A DNA stretch of 64,000 bases from Octopus sinensis. Lineage: Eukaryota. Positions 27,101 to 36,908 of this stretch are shown in pieces. The DNA is taken from positions 92,814,001-92,878,000 of the forward strand of contig NC_042997.1 in the NCBI RefSeq assembly GCF_006345805.1. Reading direction: 5' to 3'. The notes beneath the pieces were generated by a model. The model worked only from the letters and a program-made list of their open reading frames with translations, had not been told where the DNA came from and did no database searches. The position numbers and the translations under genes were made by a program. Every line of letters starts with the position of its first letter. Position 1 is the first letter of the stretch.

Positions 27101-30100
27101 CTAAAGAACCTTCCAATCTCTTCTCTAGTGTAAAGTTTGACTCACTATTTCATTGTACTATAAAGGCTTCCAATGCTCATACATCACTCTGTACATTCAC
27201 CATTTATTCACTCAAATATCCATAGTACCTTCTTATATTCCAGATTTTATACTAAATATTTTGCCAAATCTTGCCCAGAACAATACTTTTTTTCCAGGAA
27301 CTCTCTGTGCCTATATATTCTTCCAACCACTATATTACTTCAGACTGAATGTTCACACCCAACCATCCAAGCCATCTCAATGAAGAGGTGAGAAGACAGA
27401 AACCTATCGGTACTATCCCTTCATTTATAAACTAAAAATAAAAATAAAAGCAAAATAAAACTTACTAAGCAGATTGAGTAAAAACAAACTAAGAAATAAC
27501 AAACTGTGCATACGTGCAACGTTTTCATATGCGAATGTGTGTGTTCATATGTGAATGTATAAAAATGCAGCTAACATGTTTAGGCTATTGGGATTATAGC
27601 AAATAAAATAATTTTATGAATTGATTTATGGAACAAAATTAAATGCAGATGAAATATAAAAGTAACCTAGTTAGTAAAAAAAATAATCAATACAGAATAT
27701 GACCAATATAAAATTCAGAATGAAAATACAGATAAAAATGAAATATGTATGTCACTGGAAGATGCGTAGGTTTAGAAAATAGTGTTTTATATAGAGTTTT
27801 GAGATCTGGTGATTATATTATTTTATAAATTTTTCTTTCCTTGAAATTTGTTGACAGTACATGAATATATACTAGATAACAAAAAAAAAAAAAAAATTAG
27901 ACAAATTCAATATGAAAAGCTTACTTGAGAAATAAAAATACAAGGTATTTTGATTGCCATGATGGAAAACAACCATTAGAACCTGAACAATGGTCCCAGA
28001 GCAAAAGAGAACAAACTGACAACGTAGCAAATATATATTAGAAATTTTAATGAAATTTACTGATAAGATAATTTATTTTTTGTTTGTAGTGCAGTAGAAC
28101 TGTATGCGATGGGTCAGACCAAAGTGACAAGATAAAATAATCCAAAAGTGATGTCATAGGGTAAAAATTAGAAAGGATGCCAAGTAACTAGATCAATTCA
28201 TTATGTATTACTAATAACAGCTGTTGAATTTTTTCTAAATTTTTAGCTATGAATCTTATCACCTCATTAAAAAAAACAACAAACGTTTCAAACCAACAAG
28301 AAAGCTTCTATGTAATTCATCTGTGCAGCTCAGTATAAAAACAGTCAAATATGCTGTTGTTTAGGCTTAGGCCAGCATTGATCAAAGTCATTCCAGTTAT
28401 GACTATCCTGAGCTTTGAGACTATATTTACCCAGTATATCTAGGACAACATTATCTAAAGTGTCATATTTTCCATTTTGAATGGAAGGAAGTGATCTGAT
28501 GGTAGTTTAGCTATTATTTCTAGCTGCTGAAATTTTCATGTAGATCAACATGTATCTTTGAAGATTTTTAAGAATACTTAAGTAAAATTATGGTCAATTC
28601 TCAGTTATTAGGGCCTATAAATGAACCACTGTCATTGTGAATGGGATACATGAATGACATCTATGCCACAGGTAATTTGTCCTTGAAATTTGTGAAATAT
28701 GTCTCATGAAGGTGATGACAAATGACCAAGTCTTCTGACAATTTGCTGTGCTTGAGAAGACACATCAAGCTAGGTGAAATTGTGATCATGGTCAGTGCCA
28801 GTGAGACATTAAAGGCACCAGTGCCAGTGACAGGTAAAAGGCCCTCATGCCGGTGACATGTAAAAAACACCCAGTACACTCTGTATACCATGCCAGCATA
28901 GAGAACAGATGTTAAATGATGATGATGATGATAAACAATCCTTTTTAACACAGACACAAGACCAGAAATTTGTGAAATAGGAGAGGTGGTAGTCAATTGA
29001 AATCAACCTAGTACCTGACTGGTACTTTATCAAGCTCTGGAAGAATGAAAGACAAAGTCAGCTTTAGCAGGATTTAAAAGTCAGAACATGACATGAAGTG
29101 GCTTAACTAAATACTGCAAGGAACTTTAGCCAAAGTTGTAACAATTCTGTGAATCCACCACAATAAAAATCATCATCATAATTTAACGCCCACTCATCTA
29201 TGCTTGTAAGAGTTAGACAGAATTTGTTGAGGCAGATCTTCTGCAGCTGGATGCTCTTCCGATTGCCAACCCTCACCTGTGTCCAAGCAAGATAATAATT
29301 TCCCCATGGCTAGACATGTTTTTTATGGAAGACTGGAAACGAATACCCTCACTTGTATGACAATGATATCCACTTACAACCATCACACGGTGTCTAAACA
29401 CGGTTACACATAAACAAATGTATATGCATATACATGTATATATATATATATATGTGTGTGTGTGCGTGTATGATGAGCTTCTTTCAGTGTTTGTCTACCA
29501 AATCCATTCACAAGGCTTTAGATGGCCCAAGGTGCTGCACAGTGGGACTGAACACAAGACCACATGGTTGGTTAATTAAAATTCCATATTCATTAAGCTA
29601 TTAACTTATATCACTTTGACACTGGTATGATTTGAGTGCCTTCCATCAACAGTTTAACTATGAATAGAAGGCACTCAAATGATATCAGTATGATGCTATA
29701 AAATGTAACAAGTGATTGCCAAGAAGATATGACTGCATTGTGTTTTCAAAAATAATACTGTGATAAGATAAATAATTGAATTAATCACAAGAACTGCAAC
29801 AGAATATGTTCTACATATCTTCAACTTCGAAACTGCTGTTAACAATAACAAGTGCTGAGTTTGGGATATCAAATCAAATTCCTTATTTATATTTCTTTAG
29901 CAAGTGAATCTGATTCCAAATTATGTGTAGAAACTCAAAGAATTTATCTTTTATCGTTTACTTGTTTCAATCATTTGACTGCTGCCATGCTGGGGTACTG
30001 CCTCGAAGAGTTTTAGTGAAACAAATTGACCCCGGGACATAAACACACCAACACCAGTTGTCAAGTGACGGTGTTAGACAATCACAAAGACACATGCACA

Positions 30101-33100
30101 CATAGATATATACATGCATATATATATATATATATATATATATAAACACATACACACATATATGATGGGTCTTTCAGTTTCTCTCCATCAAATCCACTCA
30201 CAAGGCTTTGGTTGACCCAAGACTATAGTAAAAAGCACTTGCCCAAGGTATCATACAGTAAGACTGAACCCGAAACCATGTGGTTGGGAACCAAGCTTCT
30301 TGCTACATAGTCATGATGTGTCAATAGTATCACAATAGAATTTATATTAGCTATTTAAAACCTATATTGTTATATTCAGTCTTTATTTGCTAAGAAGTTC
30401 TTAATATGATAAGAGGATTGCTTATTTTTTCTGTGCTTCTTAATCTTTCCTTATTCACACCCTCTCACACTTTCCCAAAAGCTAACAATCTCTTTTCAAC
30501 ATATCATATTTTTAATTATTCATAACAACAGAGAAAAGTACCCATGACTTTTGTGAATATTTCAAGACTAATGCAATTGATGCTTAATTTGAACTGCTAT
30601 TAGCTGATGATTACAAGAAGGAATGAAAAAAGGGAGAAAAAAGTAAATGTATGGGAAGGGAATTCTATTGAGCTGCATTTCTGGGGAAGAATGACTGGGC
30701 ATATTGCTTAGTGTAGAATCTAGGGTGAGAAATAGTAGAAATAGCTTGAGGAGGAGAGACAACTGATCTTGATGTAATCTTAGAAAGTCAAACTGTAGAA
30801 GATTAGAGGACACCATAGTGATGTTAGAAGTAGCAGAGTGAAGAAGCTCTTGAGTCAGTGGTTGTAGAGCACTGGTAAGAGAATTGCTGCCTATTAACCA
30901 AATAGACTTCAATGTGGTGATCTAGAATATTTATTTGTGTAGTAGCAGCACCTTCCTAGATATCTAAACAATATTCCAATGTTTGTCTTACTTAAGTACT
31001 GTAGAGCAGTTGAGCAGGATTGAGGTAGTGTTTGCCTCTAAATAAGAATCCCAGTCTTTTGAATGCAGTTTTAGCAATGACATATATTGGAAGCTGCTTA
31101 TAGAGATCATTTGGGACAAAGCCAATAAGCTGATAATGTTAAGCAAATAAAGAGTTTGGAATCTATTCATTTTTATAACAACAATTAGTTGACAACATTA
31201 TTAGTGATAATAATAAACAGCTTTCATGATATGTATGTGAAATCAGTATGAAAAATCATCAGAGGTCATTACCGTTTGGTTACAATAGTTTCAAGTGTAT
31301 GAGAATGTTAAAAGTAAGGACCTGAGAACTAATATCATAACTATGATTTAATATAATTTCATCCACTCTTATAGATTCTGCTTAAAGCCAAGATCATCCC
31401 CCCCACCCCACGGGCATTCAAACACTGCAAAAATGACAATGAAAACACTTATTTACATACTTACCCTAAAATTGCTGGCAGTTGGAACAGTTGCAGACTG
31501 AAATAGATGAGGCAAACCAGAACGGCAATGACTGCAAATTCTAAGAAGTAAATAGTTGACGGTCTGCAGACATTGCCAACAATGGATGCTAAGCAGCTAA
31601 GTAAAAGACCAGTAGCTGTTCCTTCAACTCCAACAGCTAGCAGACACTCAACAATGTTTCCTAAAGAGCTTGGTCTCAGGACTGTGGTGTATGTATTACC
31701 CATGAAATGGTAAAGAATCTGCAAGAAAAAAAAAACATTGTTTACTATTTTAGCTAATCATATTAGAAAATAAAGCAACACTGCTGGCATATTCTTAATT
31801 AAAGATCTTTCAAAGAAAATATATTATTGAGTAAAAGCCACATACCACTTACATACTTCAATATATATAAAAAAAAAAATGAAAACAATTATAGAACAAT
31901 AATGAAATAATAATATATGCTGAAGTAAAGAAAGTAGTATTCACAATACATCAGACAGCTTATAAGAATTTGGTTAAATGAATTCAAATTGTTATATTTG
32001 GGTCACAAATTAAATTTCCATAGTGATTAGCTATACATTACATGATCGCATTAGTCTTAATCTGGTGCTTAAATTCTACAATTACAGGCGGTTTTTTTTT
32101 TAATATATTGATCTTTTTCTAGTTTTAACCTTTTAAATATTCAGGTAAGTCAATAAATTCAAATTTTTATTCTCATATACAATTCAAAATAACATAAATG
32201 GAATCAAATATTACTAAATTGAAAATCAAAGACATTAATTCTACTCCATTATATTCAATTGCTTGTTATGATTCATGTGATGTAAATAAAATTGAACAGA
32301 TCTCATTATTACACTGATGCATTCATCATCATCATCATAATATTTCTAAATGTATTTCTATATTTTATTTTTATAAGGAAATAATTAATAAGGTATAATA
32401 TATATATATAAGTTGTGTAAGAGTGGATGTCTGATGCGCCATGAGTGTAAAGGTCACAGTTACTCATGAAATGCGATTTCAGAAATAAATAATGGCTGAA
32501 CTTAAGAGTTGTCGACATTAATATAATCTGTAGTGCTTCAAAACATTAAAATATATGGTGAGATGGGCTGACCATTTTGAAATTACTGATGTTAAACAAT
32601 TGACATAGGTAAAATAACTGTTATCAACACAATTGCACTTCAGGAATATGTTGCTATGAGGTTAACAGATATCTGTGCGACTGTTTCTCTGTGTACTTAT
32701 ATCCTCTATTTGAGCACTCAGAAAGCATACCTATTAATTTGAGTCATCCTGATGAAAACTCCTCATATCCTCTCTTTCCCTCTCTCTCTATATATATAAA
32801 TACACACACACACACACACACACAAGAAGAGAGAGAGACAGATATACACAGAGAAACAGTCGCACAGATATCTGTTAACCTCATAGCAACATATTCCTAA
32901 AGTGCAATTGTGTTGATAACAGTTATTTACCTATGTCAATAGTTTAACATCAGTAATTTCAAAATGGTCAGCCCATCTCACCATATATTTTAATGTTTTG
33001 AAGCACTACAGATTATATTAATGTCGACAACTCTTAAGTTCAGCCATTATTTATTTCTGAAATCGCATTTCATGAGTAACTGTGACCTTTACACTCATGG

Positions 33101-35174
33101 CGCATCAGACATCCACTCTTCAACCTTACACAACTTTTACAGTTGTAGTCTACTTCCCCATTCCCTCATCTCCTGCTTTCCATACAATCTTGCAAACAAC
33201 CCACTTACCTGCTTCTGTTCACCATGTGCATTGAGGGGCCACTTGGGCAACACATTGCCACTATTTATCTCTTTACAGCCCTACTTACCATTTCTTTCCT
33301 TCTAGCAAATGCGAGTAGCCATACAACACCTCTACAAGAATCTGTTCTAACTGCTAAACCCCAACCCCCATGGCCACCACTACCTACCAGGAATCTGTAG
33401 ACTTGCGAGCTGCATGATGACATGAAAAAAAAAGCACCAAGTACATGCTGTAAAGTAGTTGGCATTAAGAAGGACATCCAACTATAAAAACCATGCCAAA
33501 GCAGACACTGGAGCACAATGCAGTCCTTGGACCTACTCAGACCCTTTCAAACCATCAAGCCCATGCCAGTATGGAACATGTGCATTAAATAATGATAATG
33601 ATGATGACACAGTGACCATGACAATAATTTGAAAGGTAATCAAGAGTTACTTAAGCTGGTGTCAGAGCAGTAGCGTAGCTAATAGGGGAGTAACCATTCC
33701 CCCACCCTTGTGAGCACATTTTTCAAACTGGCACCTTTTCAACAATTTAAAAAAATATTGTATGTCAGTATAATAGTAACACGCTTGTTACGAAAACAAA
33801 GAGCTATGGATTCGAGATCCACACATACAAGAACCCAACTTTTTTCCATCGAGGGCTAATATGCTCCAATATTTAGACTATTTTCTTTAGTCATTGTATG
33901 GTGATTGCTTATAAGCTTTAAGCCTATAAAATATTATTATTATTATTCACAGAATTATAAAAAATTGATGCTGCTTAAGAAAAACCATCACAGAAAGGCA
34001 CAATTTTTGTTAACTCTTTAGTTAACTATATCAGCTGTTTCATATATAATGACATTGTTACTGAATCATGAAATTAATGAATGTTGAATACAATTACATC
34101 TAATATTACTAGTGAAATTTGTTGTAAAAATTGTTTGGTATGTATCACGGTGCCTTTCTTTTATATGTGCTTGCTCTCACTAACATTAGATCCTGGCTAT
34201 ATCTCTGCGTCAGAGTATCAAGTCTACGCTCTGTAGTAAAAAAGTTATTTTGTTCTAACACTTGGATAAATCTAATATTAAATATAACAACATAAAATAA
34301 AATTTCAACTTTTTTTAATGAAAAAGATGAAGCAATACATAGCATTAATAGTTATCAAAAAATGTTGATATAGGTGCAAGAGGGCTATGTGGTAAGAAGT
34401 CTGCTTCCCAACCACATGATTCCAGGTTCAGTCCGACTGTGTGGCACCTTGGGCATGTATCTTCTACTATAGCCTTGGGCTGTCCAAAGCCTTGTGACTG
34501 GATTTGTAGATGGAAACTGAAAGAAGTCCTATGTATGTATGTATGTATGTATGTATGTATGTACGTATGTATGTATGCATGCATGTATTTTTGTATCTGT
34601 CTCCTCACCATTGCTTGACAACCAATATTGATGTTTTTATGTCCCCATAACTTAGCAGTTCAACAAAAGACACTGATAGTATAAATAATAGGCTTCCACA
34701 GAAAAAGTCCTGGGGTTGATTTGTACGACTAAAGGTGATGCTCCAGCATGGCTGCAGTCAAATGACTGAAACAAGTAAATGAATAAAAATATTGCAAGAA
34801 TTCATCATTATCATTTAACATCCACTTTTCCATCTTTACATGGGTTGGATGGAGTTTAGTTGAGGCAGATTTTTCCATGGTTTGATCCCTTTCCTGTTGC
34901 CAACCCTCACCTATTTCCAAGCAAGGCAATATTTCTCCATGGGTAAGTATGTTTACGTAGAATACTGAAAATGAATGACACTGCTTGTATGACAATGACA
35001 GTCATTTGCAACTATCATGCAATGTCAAGACAAGGAGACACACACACACACACATATCTCAACAAGCCGAAACTGTAATGATGATTGGAAATTTGACTGA
35101 TGACTAGAAAGCCACGAATGTTCTGTTGTGGTTTTCCTGTCCATATGTTTTCATTGTTGTCTGTTACGTTCTTT

Positions 35175-35224
<50 letters not shown>

Positions 35225-35860
35225 GATGGGCTTCTTTCAGATTTTGTCAATCAAATCCATTCACAAGGCTTTGGTTGGCCTGGGGATAACATAGAAGGCA
35301 CTTGTGCAAAGTGCCATGCAGTGGGACTGAACCTGGAACCATGTGGTTGGGGAAGCAGACTCTTTACCACCCAGCCATACCTGTGCCTACATATCATATA
35401 CACACATATGCAAGCATACACATGAAATATTGTATTATACTTACCAAGGAAATTGTATCAATTAAGAGGGATTCTCCAAATACAATGAAGTCAGGAATGG
35501 TGTTGAAATGAATATCTTTGAAGGCAGCAAGTAATGGTAAAGGATCGAGTGGAAAAATAAAACAGTTGAGTAGAAAGCAGTACAAGAGTCTGACTTTGCA
35601 ACGTAAAATATGGTAGAGGCCAACAGAAAGTAGTAATATGCAGATCAGTTTGAACAGATGTATGGGCCCTGGCTTAGCTATCAATGGGACCAAAATCAAA
35701 GTCAAGATAGCAAAAATTGCAGCAAAGTCTGGAGCGAGATTTGCAGATGTCAATGAGGGCCAAGAGATGAAGTAAGGCATATAAGAAAGAAGAGTCAGAG
35801 TTGTAATTGCCAAAAACAGAGGGATTACGGTGGATTTCCTCCATTTTAGTGTGTCCAAAT
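5757..35860 (-). CDS. Divergent SLC9A/NHE-type Na+/H+ exchanger-like gene, 6 confident coding exons (5' and 3' ends uncertain)
   Basis: Exons 35860-35445, 31718-31465, 23294-23068, 21283-21081, 20090-20010 and 5827-5757 all have AG/GT ends and compatible phases (0,2,1,0,0). They join into a stop-free ~417-codon frame with NHE motifs in order: DP..L.AF.DIH, VFGESLLID..LILYH, KQYVQAH, CEALV, HCWN, EQFI..LRG, KP, KHIFIGI. Confidence 0.9.
7553..8170 (-). mobile_element. Internally deleted RTE derivative (linker joined to RT C-terminus and 3' UTR)
   Basis: ARGEADKKKFANVLHHEDQRLEVFHFARQ abuts directly on the GKPRKT..DKVVKHDL region and the 3' UTR with gatgacgatgatga tail. Confidence 0.8.
9081..9452 (+). 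mobile_element. RTE 3' UTR copy with three 62-66 bp tandem units
   Basis: g(a/g)cacgt(t)aaaagc unit starts at 9082, 9148, 9213 and 9275, then acactcacggagtggttggcgttaggaagggcatccagctgtagaa...cccatgctggcatggaaaacggatgttaaacgatgatg. Confidence 0.88.
9660..9843 (+). mobile_element. RTE 3' end copy
   Basis: Same 3' UTR core and gatgat tail as 9081. Confidence 0.85.
10291..10727 (-). mobile_element. Two tandem Meta-domain-like SINE copies
   Basis: ggtacttattttatcaaccctgaaaagatgaaaggcaaagtcgacc-like core twice (about 10291-10497 and 10518-10727). Confidence 0.8.
10950..11220 (+). mobile_element. RTE 3' end copy
   Basis: Same core (ggagtggttggtgttaggaagggcatccagctgtagaaacactgcc). Confidence 0.85.
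14355..14640. repeat. GA-rich and (GCA/GTA)n low-complexity tract
   Basis: (GA)n then agcagcagaagtagtagtag-type trinucleotide runs with a duplicated ~40-45 bp block. Confidence 0.85.
15590..15748 (+). mobile_element. tRNA-derived CORE-like SINE head
   Basis: gtggtaagaagcttgcttcccaaccacatggttcgaggatcagtctcactgtatggcaccttgggcaagtgtcttctactatagcc. Confidence 0.85.
15749..17160 (+). mobile_element. 5'-truncated RTE-type LINE (RT C-terminal half plus 3' UTR)
   Basis: QG.VLS.LLFII...KTGCPWELLYVDDL, IRLGWAKFRELLPLL, KGRLYDACVRTAMLHGS, W.GHMMHMDED, GRSRPRKTW. Ends in the gaagggcatccagctgtagaa 3' UTR. Confidence 0.9.
16812..16980 (+). repeat. 42-bp minisatellite (4 units) in RTE 3' region
   Basis: Units start at 16812, 16854, 16896 and 16938 (ttcaagcattgggcctca...aagtggctgagttcc). 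Confidence 0.85.
17700..18350 (-). mobile_element. Degraded RTE LINE fragment (linker region)
   Basis: Minus frames: YQIARRE, EKRFAHIL..DQ..EVFPIARQF, YEKVLKVE, GP. Many disablements. Confidence 0.7.
18383..18690 (+). mobile_element. tRNA-derived SINE (fourth tail type)
   Basis: ggcatatggcttagtggttaagatgttgcactc head. A related minus copy lies at about 21395-21685. Confidence 0.7.
18990..19700 (-). mobile_element. Old mariner transposase fragment, interrupted by a SINE
   Basis: Minus frames give PKQFLELKLHQKKITITVLW, FLNTGKTITA..IDRMYQ..CPALSN, FSKHL and NTFKEFISSETPEF..QKIVEANG, collinear with the mariner C-terminal half. Confidence 0.75.
19185..19375 (-). mobile_element. tRNA-derived SINE inserted in mariner relic
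   Basis: Reverse complement has A/B-box-like head (ttagtggttagggtgttagacacatgatcgtaagatttggtttcggttcctgg) similar to the copies at 47455 and 61030. Confidence 0.65.
20010..20090 (-). CDS. NHE-like exon (SLSFKPMLNSIKRPKSDIISVEKTENH)
   Basis: tttgttgcag acceptor, gtgagt donor, 81 nt, phase 0-0. Positionally matches GMTIRPLVDLL...EEIHTQ. Confidence 0.8.
21081..21283 (-). CDS. NHE-like exon (KLSKFEQFIMFYSILRG...FVTFIL)
   Basis: ttttattttctag-type acceptor, gtaaat donor, 203 nt (phase 1 to 0). Matches NHE1 KLTPKDQFIIAYGGLRG...FFTVFVQ. Confidence 0.9.
21395..21685 (-). mobile_element. tRNA-derived SINE, same family as 18383
   Basis: Shared gatttgtttatagtgatcaaat and gtgccacatgtcag segments. Confidence 0.65.
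21912..22301. repeat. Inverted pair of Penelope-like terminal repeats with hammerhead-like cores
   Basis: Arms about 21912-22097 and 22123-22301. Each has (t/c)cttt-CTGT(A/G)GA-A-gagc-gtag-gctc-GAAAC-at(a/t)-aaaga. Confidence 0.6.
22429..22589. mobile_element. Tc1/mariner-superfamily (Tc2/pogo-like) MITE
   Basis: Perfect 24-bp TIR tattttaacatgtataaggaaccc (22432-22455 and 22563-22586). Subfamily assignment is an inference. Confidence 0.7.
22804..23022 (+). mobile_element. piggyBac-type MITE family A
   Basis: TTAA|ccctttagcatt ... aacactaaaggg|TTAA, intact TTAA on both sides. Confidence 0.88.
23068..23294 (-). CDS. NHE-like exon (VIFCGISIKQYVQAH...HCWN...TSLG)
   Basis: ttttccatttcag acceptor, gtaggt donor, 227 nt (phase 2 to 1). 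Matches NHE1 LIASGVVMRPYVEANIS...SETLIFIFLG...HHWNWTF...RVLG. Confidence 0.9.
24481..25020 (-). mobile_element. Highly degraded CR1/L2-like RT remnant
   Basis: VWTNCLETDKLGIVHINLATLD and QNYF..RTQINN resemble RT domains 3-4. The alignment is weak. Confidence 0.4.
26075..26420 (+). mobile_element. tRNA-derived CORE-like SINE, tail type A
   Basis: Same head as 15590 plus tail ...ccccaacatggccacagtctaatgac...gcaagtaaaagat. Confidence 0.85.
26505..27030 (-). mobile_element. RTE 3' end copy with tandem units
   Basis: Reverse complement of the 9081-type UTR. (CAT)n tail at 26505-26532. Confidence 0.88.
28665..28932 (+). mobile_element. RTE 3' end copy (degraded)
   Basis: gctgtgcttgagaagacacatcaagc and catgccagcatagagaacagatgttaaatgatgatg. 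Confidence 0.7.
28940..29160 (-). mobile_element. Meta-domain-like SINE (degraded)
   Basis: ggtactttatcaagctctggaagaatgaaagacaaagtcagc core. Confidence 0.65.
29175..29570 (-). mobile_element. tRNA-derived SINE with RTE-like tail (type B)
   Basis: Head remnant at 29490-29570, internal TA/TG microsatellite, RTE-type tail. Confidence 0.75.
29960..30312 (-). mobile_element. tRNA-derived CORE-like SINE, tail type A
   Basis: Reverse complement of the 26075/62585 family with internal (TA)n. Confidence 0.85.
31465..31718 (-). CDS. NHE-like exon (ILYHF...LFQLPAILG)
   Basis: ttttcttgcag acceptor, gtaagt donor, 254 nt (phase 0 to 2). Matches NHE1 VLYHLF...AELFHLSGIMA. Confidence 0.9.
32419..33120. 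repeat. Near-perfect 277-bp inverted repeat with 149-bp spacer
   Basis: 32419-32695 is the reverse complement of 32845-33120 with 2 substitutions and 1 single-base indel. Confidence 0.95.
33420..33606 (+). mobile_element. RTE 3' end copy (degraded)
   Basis: ggcattaagaaggacatccaactat...cccatgccagtatgg...gatgatgac. Confidence 0.7.
34370..34790 (+). mobile_element. tRNA-derived CORE-like SINE, tail type A
   Basis: Head, (TATG)n, tail ending gactgaaacaagtaaatgaataaa. Confidence 0.85.
34800..35390 (-). mobile_element. tRNA-derived SINE with RTE-like tail (type B)
   Basis: Head at 35225-35385, (TA)n/(CA)n, RTE-type tail at 34800-35040. Confidence 0.8.
35445..35860 (-). CDS. NHE-like exon (N-terminal TM region to GESLLxD motif)
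   Basis: tttttctcttctag acceptor, gtaagt donor, 416 nt. Encodes ...FPLDPLPLLAAFKDIHFNTIPDFIVFGESLLIDTISL, matching NHE1 [37 protein letters not shown]. Confidence 0.92.
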
Positions 35861-36537
35861 CTAGAAGAGAAAAAAAAAGAAAAAAGAAAAGAAGTATATA
35901 AATCATAATGAATGAATAATTTTCAGTAAAGCTTAAATTTATAACGAGAAATAAAAAAGATCCAGTCTCATGACTGAAACAAGTAAAAGGAAAATATAAT
36001 TAAAAACTTGTTCCAAAAACACAATACTCTCCAAAAGAAATGATTTAGGGTGCCAAAGAAAAGAAGATAATTATATACAATGAGAGCTATAAACAACAAT
36101 ACTTTAAGAAGAAGAAAAAAAACTTGCACTGAGGTAAAAGGTAGCCAAAATAATAAATAATCATTGGCTCGAAAATACAAATCAAAAACTAACATTATAG
36201 TCAACTATATCAACCCCAGCAAATGCCCAGTACTTACTGTTTCAACCATGGCAGGATTTGAAATCATAAAATAGAGAGACAAAATTAATTACTGTCAGGC
36301 ATTTAGTTTAGGCAAACTATGGCATATCCATAACTCCCACTCCACTATTGTAAGGGAAGATTTTTTTGCAGCTATCTTTAACAGGTGAAAAATTCACTTT
36401 CGTTATAGGTCTATTACTATCAGAAATTTTGAATTGAACAACTGACATGTACTCAAGCATGTGTGCTTACAGATAACTTATTATATGTGAGAATGACAGT
36501 GCTCAAATTGTGTGTGTGCATGTATATGTAACAAAGC

Positions 36538-36592
<55 letters not shown>

Positions 36593-36859
36593 ATGAATAA
36601 ATAATATCAAAATAATACCAATTTCTTTTTCCAATCTCCTGTCTTGATATGTAATTACTATGCAAAAAATACCTTCCAGAATTTTCAACATTTACATATG
36701 ACTTTGGAGTACTGGAATAAGCAGGTATGTTTCAAGATGACATAGCTTGATTTTAACCTTCTCTACATAATTTTATATTATATATATCACAATTGTTTGA
36801 GGAAAGGGAATGTGAAACTGAGTAACAGTTCTGTGATAATTTTGCAGCTTTAATAAAAA

Positions 36860-36908
<49 letters not shown>

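Noticed and set aside
30568-30912. 114-aa minus ORF
   Set aside because: Phase is incompatible with the NHE exons. At most a faint L2/CR1 remnant (VYLVNRQQF in another frame).
30992-31145. Minus ORF ending in AA|gtaaga with SYLEAN and KDWDS..E resembling NHE exon 4
   Set aside because: Exon 23294-23068 matches the same NHE segment far better with correct phases at both ends. This one has a poor acceptor and no compatible downstream exon.
33668-33900. CAGTAGCGTAGC hAT-like left terminus
   Set aside because: No matching right terminus or TSD found.
36680-36724. 45-nt plus-strand AG...GT mini-exon-like segment
   Set aside because: No partner exons or recognisable peptide. Such patterns arise by chance.
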